A stretch of DNA of 62,999 bases, filler included, from Intoshia linei (Eukaryota; Animalia; Orthonectida), in the NCBI GenBank assembly GCA_001642005.1. It is 5 parts of 5 records of this genome, joined end to end, with 100 filler letters (N's around TTAATTAATTAA, not from the genome) between each part and the next. Parts side by side here need not be neighbours in the genome. Positions count along the whole stretch, not along the records: positions 52,870 to 57,640 come from LWCA01001877.1; positions 57,741 to 62,999 come from LWCA01001804.1; 3 more parts are not named here. One strand, 5' to 3'. The notes under the pieces are model-generated. The model saw only the letters and a list, made by a program, of their open reading frames with translations, was not told where the DNA came from and searched no databases. The translations under genes were made by a program, and so were the position numbers. Positions 53,431 through 62,999 of this stretch are shown here, in pieces (position 1 is the first letter of the stretch; the number at the start of each line of letters is the position of its first letter).

Positions 53431-53731
53431 TTGTTTATATCAAGGTTTCTCAACATTTTTTGAAGCGTCGTTTCTCAAATTAAAAAAATTTAATTTGTGC
53501 AAGATTAACTCCGTATCCGAAAAATATTTATTACGAACTCTAGTAAATTTAAATAAAAATTAAGCAAACTTTTTTAAATCTAATTGGGGATTATAAAAAT
53601 TTATAATATAGTAAAGGTCATATATTTAGTAAATTTTTTGGTTGACTTTTACTAGTAGAAATAAATCGCCCCAAATGGGCGATATTGCCCAGGTTGAGAA
53701 TGTCTGGTTTATATTAACAAAAAAGACTCAC

Positions 53732-54687
53732 AGACCACTCCAAGCGTTTGGGCCATAGCTGCACCACCTTTCGCGACGTGGTTTAGCATTCTAAAAATAA
53801 ATTATTAAATTTATACTTTAATTCCACATTACAAAAAGATTAACATATTGGTTTATCTGTCTACGCAGAATTTAAATTTTTGTATACATTTACTCGCTAT
53901 CAAATTATAAAAAATATTGGTCTTAATACAAAAAAATGTAGTAAATTATTGATATATCGAAAAAAGCGATAGCTAATAGTTCTTAAAAACGTACACAATA
54001 TGTCAGCCTAATAATACCTTACATTTATAAGTATTGCACCAATACTTTAGAAATAAATTAAGTTTATTAAAAAGTAATATGTTAGGTTAATTAACTAATC
54101 AAAATGATTTGACAATTAAATAATGTATCAAAACGTTCAGGGTCCATGAAGATGTAATAAATATAGATCATTAAATAGATAACGTTCATTGACTGTTATT
54201 ATAAAATACAATTTTAAATCGATATATAATTATAAGACAAAAAGTAGAAATAATAAAGATTTTTCAGACAAAATTGTTCCAAACATAATAATCTATAGAA
54301 AGGAATATAATAGTCAAGCTAGTATAGATTAAAAGTACTGAGTTCTTTTGATGGTATATTTTAAAGTTTTAGTTTTATTAATTCCTTCTAGAAATCCGCG
54401 ACAGCCTCCAAAAACACTTCCAGTCATAATAGCACCTCCGATTTGACCGAAAGCCATGTCAAATCTAGCATGTTTACTTGTGTTACTATCAGGTATTAAA
54501 AATTGAGGTGATGAATTCTGGTTTAATAAAAGTAAAATAAATAATATAAAGTAAAACTTGTAATAATGCAGGGTCAATATTATAATAGGATGATAAAGAA
54601 TTTCTGTCTAAAATATTAAACTTAACAGTGTTGAACATAATACATACCTCGAGAATTGCTAAAATGGCTTTTATTTGAATCGGACAT
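53732..54687 (-). CDS. TIMM23: Mitochondrial inner membrane translocase Tim23 (3'-partial)
   Basis: SSYYNIDPALL, PQFLIPD..HARFDMAFGQIGGAIMTGSVFGGCRGF..KRTQMLNHVAKGGAAMAQTLGVV. The remaining exons are probably in or beyond the gap. Confidence 0.88.
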
Positions 54688-55047
54688 TATCTTTCAATAA
54701 CGATAAAATGTTGCACTTTATTATAATTGTTATTAGATACACTTAATTTACATTTTACAACGAAGAAAACTTTTTTTTATCACAACAAACGAAAAATCTT
54801 ATCACTTATATTAGTTTTGTATGTTTGTACATTTTTGTTTTGCGTTTTAATAAATACACCTTTTCTTTATCTCAAAACTAAAACTAAAAATTTTCCAATT
54901 TTTTAGTTTTTTAAATAATTTCTCATGCCAAAAATATGTAGTTAATACCTTAACTTTAATAAAAATAAATTAAAAACGTTAAATTAAATTGTTTCATTGG
55001 ATACAATATATTTGGATGAAATTTAATTGAATAAATTTAAACTTAAA

Positions 55048-56447
55048 ATGAAAATGAAAAAAAAGGTTAATTTTTATAATCCAACTAAACCATGATTTAG
55101 ATATTGTTAATGGGGAAAAGTGGAGTAGGTAAGACTTCAATTCGCTCTATTATATTTGCAAAATATGTTGCAGCCGACACTAACCGACTTGGTGCCACAA
55201 GTATCTTAAAATAAAACCGTTTATACACGCTGTTACATTTAGTTGACGTTGAGTATTCCCAAGTTCGTTTTCTCGGAAATTTGATTCTTCATATTTGGGA
55301 TTGTGGCGGGTTAATTTCATAAAATTTAAACTAAAATATAAACTAGGCAAAAAATGTTTATGGACACTTATTTTTCTACGCAGTGCTCGGCCATATTTTC
55401 AAATGTAGAACTTTTAATTTACGTTTTCGACGTGAAAAGTACCAATATGGCGAATGATGTAATAGATTTCAAAAAATGTATTGATAAAATTTTCGAGTTT
55501 AACCGGGAAGCAAAAATTTATGTATTGATACACAAAATTGATTTAATAAAATTCGAACCACATAGACAAGAAGTAATAATAATAGTAAAATGTTATATAA
55601 ACATTAGATTATTGATGATCAAATGGATTTTATAGAGACATTATTAGATCCAGTCAAAGTAAAATGCTTTGGAACTTCTATCTGGAATGACACTCTTTAT
55701 ACTGCTTGGTCTACTATTGTGCAAAGTTTAATACCTTCCGAATTCAACATTACTCCGAGATTGAACCAATTGTTAATGGCCGTCGATGCCTCTGAGATTA
55801 TTTTGTTTGAACGATCTACCATGCTAGTTATCGCTAGAAGTGATTGTGAATCAATTGACAATCAAAGAGTGTCCCAAACTGATAAAATGGCCAACCCCAG
55901 TTGTCGATCAGACTCTGAAACGCAAAATAACCCAAATTCTTTAGATAGTACAAAATTGACGTCAAATGTATCATCGGTCGTTGATTGCGAAGACCATTCC
56001 CTTAAAACGAAAAAAATGGATTATGATAATACTTCTTCTGAAAGTGATGAAATTAAAAGAAAAACAAGCAAATCCAAGAGCTGTACAAACAATTGCATCT
56101 CCAGTGACGGCAAAATTGAAGATAAGCCAGTCAGGGAAAAGATTTATTTTTTTTATGGAAGATTGTGTCGCACTGAAAAAATTACATCTATTTTAAAGGT
56201 GTATCAACTCCATTGCAGCTCTATTGGGTTTCCCCTTAATGAACTTCATTTTGTGTTTCAAAAGAAAATTATGCATTTTTCTTATTTAACCGAAAATATT
56301 TTTATTCTCATCATACTCGATAAAAACTTTGCTTGTAATGTGTTTTTTTTTTCTTTTTTAATTCATTTTTTAGCAAAATATCTCATTAAAACCAATATTA
56401 GGTTAATATCTGAACATTTCAAAGATTTTGAAGAAATGAATTGTTAA
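55048..56447 (+). CDS. RRAGA: Rag A/B (Gtr1) GTPase, multi-exon, with long insertion
   Basis: [98 protein letters not shown]. Confidence 0.93.
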
Positions 56448-56676
56448 ATTTTTATTTTTATATTAAATTGTATAAATTAGTTTTTAGTACACATTTTTTG
56501 AACCTACACTGAAACTCGTCTACAATGGAAATTGAATTTAAAATTTTTCCTATAGTGATTTTAATGTAAATACAAATGTTACAGTAGCATCCACTGAATT
56601 AAATCGACTAGAAGTACGTTTTTTTGGCAACATCGAAAAACGTACTACCACAAATTTAATTTTATTATACATTCAA

Positions 56677-56897
56677 CTAGGTTGACTGTTATGTACTACG
56701 TACAAACAGGGCCTAACTCTGCCGAGTGCACATTTTTATTATACTTAAAAAATAAATTCACGTTGAAAATCTAATTTAAAAATCCTTAAATATTACATGT
56801 TAAAAATAAAGTAAAAACACCAATCCGAAAAATTGTCATAAATAGCATAAATTCCAGAAAAAATAAAATTATAAAAACCTATTTTGTCATTTTCAAT
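56677..56897 (-). mobile_element. Helitron family A, 3' part
   Basis: A|CTAGGTTGACTGTTATGTACTACGTACAAACAG on the plus strand. Confidence 0.7.
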
Positions 56898-57640
56898 GTA
56901 ATGATATATATTCAGTAGAGTATTGTGTAAATATTATGAAGAAATTAAAACTGAACTTTATTTTAACGGAAATCGGCGTTTGAGCTTTTAAACGTATATC
57001 GCCTTTATAATACTGTTCTCCATGTTTAGTTATACAGTTTTTTTTAAATTTGTTTCTAGCTCAATTTTTTTGGATTTTATTAACGATTTAATTTCTCGAA
57101 TTCTGGTTATTTATAATATAATAAATTCATTCAAATACAAGACATTCACGATCTTGTTAATCATGTTTGCATTGAATAAAGTCATTTTTGAAATGAATAT
57201 GGTCAATACAGAGATTTCATAATATACCAAAATTTATTGGATATTTTTTGTTAAAAAAACTTTTAAGTCATTTTTAAGAAGCAATAGTTAAATTAATCTT
57301 TCACAATATATTCGGGAAATTTTTTTTCATGATAAAATTCTTAATTGGACATTTTTCGATAATTATATTTAAATTTTATTCAATGCATATATGAATTTGC
57401 ATATAATTTAACAGATATGACCATTTATAAGAATAATTTCATGACAGATTTTGAAGGGAAATACGAATATTATATCTGTTACCAAATTATTGTGAGGGTT
57501 GCCAATATAATTATAATTTACATATTCCAAGTGTTTCGTTATTATATTTTTTTCGTAATTCCATCTTATTTAAATAAACTATTTTTTATTTTATATTATA
57601 ATAAAAATAGAACCGCTTCGAAAACTGAGACCACTAAATG

Positions 57641-57740
57641 NNNNNNNNNNNNNNNNNNNNNNNNNNNNNNNNNNNNNNNNNNNNTTAATTAATTAANNNN
57701 NNNNNNNNNNNNNNNNNNNNNNNNNNNNNNNNNNNNNNNN
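57641..57740. other. Assembly gap linker
   Basis: N44-TTAATTAATTAA-N44. Confidence 0.97.
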
Positions 57741-58061
57741 TTGAAAATGACAAAATATGTTTTTATAATTTTATTTTTTCTGGAATTTATGCTACAATAT
57801 TTATGACAATTTTTAGGATTGGACTGTTTTTACTTTATTTTTAATATTATGCACACATTCTGTCTAATAAATTAAAAAAATGTGATAACAATTGTTTTTA
57901 AATTCTTTACGCAAATTTTATCAAAAAAAAGGATTAATAATAGTTAATAGTAAAATTTTGAAGTTAGATTTTTAACGTGAATTTATTTTTTTGGTATAAT
58001 AAAAGAGTGCCCTCGGCAAAGCTAGGTGCTGTTTATACGTAGTACAAAACTGCAAAGCTAC
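57741..58061 (+). mobile_element. Helitron family A, 3' part
   Basis: GTGCCCTCGGCAAAGCTAGGTGCTGTTTATACGTAGTACAAAAC terminal hairpin region. Confidence 0.7.
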
Positions 58062-59160
58062 TATTATATAAGTAAATAATAAATAATAGTTATATAAGTA
58101 TAAGTAGTATATAAGATAAACATATATTATAAAAATAATTAATTAATTCAGTTGTAAAAATAAATTTTAGTTATTTTATATTACAATTTACTTTTTATTG
58201 AAATTAAACATTTAATTTAAAGATTTTATCTGCTTTTTAGATAGTTATAAATTCTCTAGCTCGCCAACTTTATCTAAGTCCCAAAAAAGGTGAGTTATAG
58301 ATAGAATACTATAGTTAAAAATTGTATGAGTAATATAATTTAATGTTAATAAAAAAATTAAGTGATTTAAAACTGTTTTTAGAACACTTTGCAAAATGTG
58401 GTGCTCATATATATATAATTCTAATTTGTAAGGTAGGCTGTAAAATACACACATCTGTCTTCACATCAACACCAAACAAATTAAAAACACGATAAATTAT
58501 AATTTAAATAAAAGAACACAAAGAAAAAACGAAAAACCATTAAACTATAAATTTGATCAATTTGTAAAAAAAGAATATAATTAAACTTATCGATTAAATT
58601 GCCAATTTTTAAAATAAATTACAAATTTCATGTAATTTTTAATTTTAACTGTAAAAAAAATCAATAAATAATAAATTTGACAGTATACAAAACGTTGAGA
58701 CCAAAATCAATAATTTTAATTATTTGACACAGACTAATACAACTGGAATATAAAATGTCTGGAGTTGAATTTCAAATAAAGATGATAATTTTAAAAATGT
58801 ATATAAATGAAATTGAGAAAACACATGTAATTTTGTAAAATTACTCCATCAATTTCTTACATTAAAAATTTTTCTTATTTATATTATTTAATTTTCAAAA
58901 TTTAAATGTGAAATTAATATTGAATAATCTTGTAATTATGTTTTTCTGAATAAATTTTAAATTTATTGATAAAATTATAAATATTTCTAATATTATTAAT
59001 TATTAAATGTCAATTCAATCTATACTGCGTAAATTGTTAGCTTGTAAATTTTATGCTGGTTTCTCAATAATTATGAAATTGTGTATTATAAATTTATATA
59101 CAATTTATTTAAATCGTATTTATAAATACTTTTTGATTCTTCTAATTTCACAAATATAAA

Positions 59161-62100
59161 ATGGGAACATTAACAGATTCGGATAATTGTTTACCTTTAC
59201 CACTAGTTTCATTTCATTGGAAGCAATTAAAGTAATTTATTTTAAATTTTTTTCATCTTAAATTTAGGATATTTAATAACATTGATAATTTAGAAAGTAT
59301 AGAAAAAAGTATAGAGGTTATACTATTTTAATTTTTAAATTATACGCTTCGTTACATTTAATTTAGATTTATGAAAGAATTTTATTGTTAAATGTTAAAA
59401 AAGGATTTTCACCACAAGTTGATGACGGTTATTTAATTATGCCTTCATTATTTAATAAATTATTTTATTTTAACATGTCTAAAATTCTAGGTTTTTTTCG
59501 TGACGATTTTTAGATGCAAGTCTCTGATATTGAAATTTACTATGCTCTTAATGGTTTAAATAACTGTTTAGAATTTTAATTGTTTGGTTTTTATATTTCT
59601 ACGCCTCTTACTTTTTTAAATAAATATTTACAAACAAATAATAAATGATATTTTTAACTTATTTTTGGTTTTTATATCTAGTTTTTGGATAATATTTATG
59701 TTTTAGCTTTGTGTAATGTAAATCGGTGGGAACTCATACACGGAAGTTTTCCATACATTATTACAGCCTGTTCAAAATTACTACGACATGTTTATAAGGT
59801 TAAAGAATCATCTATATCTGGTCGCACTGGCAAAGATATTCATATTTCAAAAAAATTGAACAAAAATATGTCCAAAATGATTTACATTCTACAATGTAAT
59901 GTTTATTTAAATTTAAAGTATAATTATAATTCGACTAGGTTGACTGTTATGTACTGCCAAGGGCACATTTTTATTCTACCAAAAAAATAAATTTACGTTG
60001 AAAATCTAACTTAAAATTTTACTATTCACTATTATCAATGCTTTAAAGGAGTGGTTCTCAAACTTGTTTGAGGGGGAACCGTCATATCACATTACTTTTT
60101 ACTAAGTGAATTATTCCATCTTAATTTTTTTTGTTAACATTTGCGTAAAGAATATTGCAAAGGATTGTAAAAATATAAAAATGATAATAACAAAGTTTTA
60201 TTACTTTTAGTTTCGTTGTTGTAGTTTTTATTTAAATTTTATTCAAAATGTTTTGAAAATGATAATTTGAAATTCAAAAATTCAAAAATTGCGTAGCAAT
60301 GAAAAAAAATGTCGAAGGAATGAATTATAGATTTTCACCCATATTTTTTTATTGGAAATGAGTAGATGTTTAATGTTCAATATTTAATGACGTTCCATTA
60401 TTTTTGAAATTGTAGTATCAATATTTACATTTTCAAATTTTATTTTAATTGAAATATTTGAAAAATATTGGTTAATAATATATTAAAAAAAATTTTTTTT
60501 TTTTTCGACATTGAAGGTGTCAATTTCGGAGATTGAAAAATTTTTTAAACGTTAACTGGAAAAAGATGTATTGATAAAGATTTTTTTCAAATTCTAGGAA
60601 AACATTGTATTAGTTCTTTTATTTTTCAAAATAATGCTTGATTTGTGGTTTTGATGGTGAAGATGCAAATTTCACGTAATAAAATGTACAAGATTGTTCT
60701 AGCCTTAAAAATTTTATTGGTATTTTGATTTCATAAAATACAGGGTTTTTTTTATTTTAAAAAAGGTAATTTTGGTTTTTGATCGTGAAGATCCAAAATT
60801 CTCAGATGAAATGTATCTTAATGTCTATTCTACAAAAAGTTAACTTTGAATATTTTTTTTGAAATTATTGAGATTTTCATTTTTCTACATAAATAATTAC
60901 AAACACAGTCACACTTTTAGACACTTTTACATTATATATATAGTAAGTAAGGATTCTGAACTTGGTTAAAAAAAATTAATTATTATTATTTTAAGAATTT
61001 AAAGCTGATGGCGAATCGGTTTTAATGAAATTATATTTGCAGATCCAAACTTACCATACTCCGAAACCCTTCTTATAGGAACCACGACGAAATTTTTGTG
61101 TGATACATTTAAGATTTCAGGTTAATTCCCGTGGAGAGGTGACTGGGGCTATATGCACTACGCATCGTTTACGAACTTTTTAGTGGCCTATTTTTCATTT
61201 TCGGGTGACCTCGAGTTTGGAAGGGTCGGCTCTATAGACTTGTGCTCTGTAAAATGTGTCATGTACAGTATACAGTGTACACTAATTGTGATTTATTAAA
61301 TTAAACTAAAATGTAGGGATTGTAATTGATGCAACAAATGAATTGGATGACTTCTTATCCGAATTTTCAGTATTATACATAAAAAATTTCATTTTTGAAA
61401 TAATACCATATTTAAATGTAATTGAAAAATTACTTCAAAATAATTTGAAATTGAGTTGTGGTAAAAAATTTTGGATAGCACTGATGGAACACCGAAAGCC
61501 TTTAATTCCTGCATTCACTAAATCGTATTGCTTCAAAGTGGCATATTGTTGTCGAAATGAAGATTATATAAATTCAACAAATGATGATTGTTATGAACGT
61601 CAAGAAAGTATTAAATATGCAAAAAATGTAAAAATTGAGAAAATTGATAAAAATTTTGATTATGCACAATGTAGCGAATACGGTAAACATAGTCAACGTG
61701 GTGAGAATAGGTCACTATCAAATATACTTGAAACACAAATTAACAATGCAACGTTAATCAAAAATAAACTTGTGAGTAGCATGGAACGCAAAAAAATTAC
61801 TACAAATTTCAAAAGTATACCTTTATCTGCAATGAGCCCAATTTTGACAATTGGAAAATTAAATCGCAGTATTAAAAAGGCACCATTGTCGAGTAGTTAT
61901 AGAAAAATGATGGAATCAAGTGTAAATGTAAGCATAACAGAAGAGTTACACATTAAATCTGCATCATACAATCTTGTTAACGAGTACAATTCCTTCTTTA
62001 ATAAATCTATACATTCAAATTCTAATGATACAGACAATTATGATTTCATTTCTCACTTTGTAAACAATAATTCCAAAATTTGCACCGATGTGTATGTTTC

Positions 62101-62230
62101 CAAAATGTCATATGTACTTGTTGTAGATTATTTTGATTTTGCTGTATTTTCAAGCATGTCCAATTCTAATTGGAGTACTCATTCTATTGTGTGGGCTTTT
62201 AATTATGCTATTAAAAAGTTGGATAATATT
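59161..62230 (+). CDS. UNC80: UNC80 (NALCN channel complex subunit), 5' part; 3' boundary approximate and gene likely continues
   Basis: LPLPLVSFHWKQ, YERILL..GFSP, VNRWELIHGSFPYII, SKMIYILQWIVIDA, GKKFWIALMEHRKP, YFDFAVFSSM..NWSTHSIVWAFNY parallel recalled UNC80 N-terminal motifs in order. Confidence 0.85.
59935..60953 (-). mobile_element. Helitron family A, both termini (UNC80 intron)
   Basis: A|TCCTTACTTACTATATA 5' end at 60953; CTAG|T 3' end at 59935, with the hairpin partly deleted. Confidence 0.82.
61110..61240 (-). repeat. Dispersed repeat family B (UNC80 intron)
   Basis: The reverse strand reads AGAGCCGACCCTTCCAAACTCGAGGTCACCCGAAAATGAAAAATAGGCC..AAACGATGCGTAGTGCATATAGCC. Confidence 0.7.
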
Positions 62231-62999
62231 GTCAATTTTTTTGTTTCTATCTTTAATGCCAAAACACAAAAAAGATCCAATTCCTGTTATAGTAAGTATT
62301 TATTAGGTGTTATTTATTATTTAAGACGGAATTGTTTGCTTCTGTTAACTGGAAATTACTGTATGAGATGTGATTTTTAACTAAATTCTAGTATTTTTAA
62401 TTTTAATTAAATGAGTAATGCGTCATATTGACTGTGATGATAAAAGTTTTTTATTTACTCTATTGTTCTTTTGAGGTTATTCCACACCGAGTTTTAGTAT
62501 AACCATTTATTAAGAATGAATGTAAGTACCCTTTTTATTGACTCTATAATTCTTTTGAGGTTTTAAAAACTTTACGGAAATTCTTGTTCTTAAAAGTCCT
62601 AGGACTTATTTTATTTAAAAAAAGGTAATTGGAGTTTTTACCCTGAAGCATAATTAATTAAGTAATAATAAGGTTTTTCTAATTTCTGGGACGAATAATT
62701 TTTTAATCAAACGGTAAGACAGACAAACACACACAGAAATTTAATTTTATCTAAGTAAAAGTATATGAGTATTAGGGTGTGCACTTTTGACATTTTTTTG
62801 AATTTCAAAAAGTATATTTGAATGCAGATATATAATGTTATTTAGAACACAAAGACGAAAAAAAATTTGAAAACGGTCGTGATTTTTTAAGGCAAAAAAT
62901 TTTTTAAGTTTTTATAAAAATTTGTACTTTGAAGTTTATTTTTTATTAAATAATTTTACAATTATTAATATAAATTATTTATTATTATTTATTTATATA

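Noticed and set aside
56900-57640. Possible decayed coding sequence before the gap
   Set aside because: Multiple stops and no recognisable motif.

Overview
Very AT-rich, gene-dense eukaryotic scaffold, most likely animal. It has many tiny (about 35-60 nt) GT-AG introns, plus larger introns filled with transposon debris. The style resembles a compacted parasite genome such as an orthonectid, which is an unverified inference. Spliced genes reconstructed by eye: EVI5-like TBC RabGAP, mitochondrial SerRS, Pin1, CK2 beta, an unknown 96-aa ORF, p23, HEATR4-like, a TRP channel (5' end lost in a gap), reticulon, DPH6 (3' half missing), two FabG-like SDRs flanking a CD225/dispanin gene, an eIF4G-like fragment, TIM23, RagA/B and UNC80. 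Mobile DNA includes an abundant non-autonomous Helitron family with internal tandem subunits, a decayed hAT-Charlie transposon, Tigger and Chapaev-like remnants, and hAT, piggyBac, Tigger and foldback MITEs. Four artificial N44-TTAATTAATTAA-N44 linkers and one single-N join break continuity. Main leads: an SDR with a duplicated, intact terminal exon pair (candidate alternative substrate-binding C-termini); a double-HSE/TATA/Inr promoter just before the TRP gene gap; Helitron halves bracketing host exons; a RagA with a ~100-aa insertion; and a four-gene cluster with 25-45 bp between convergent stops that includes a possible stand-alone Pol alpha-B N-terminal-like protein. Homology calls come from recalled motifs, not database searches.
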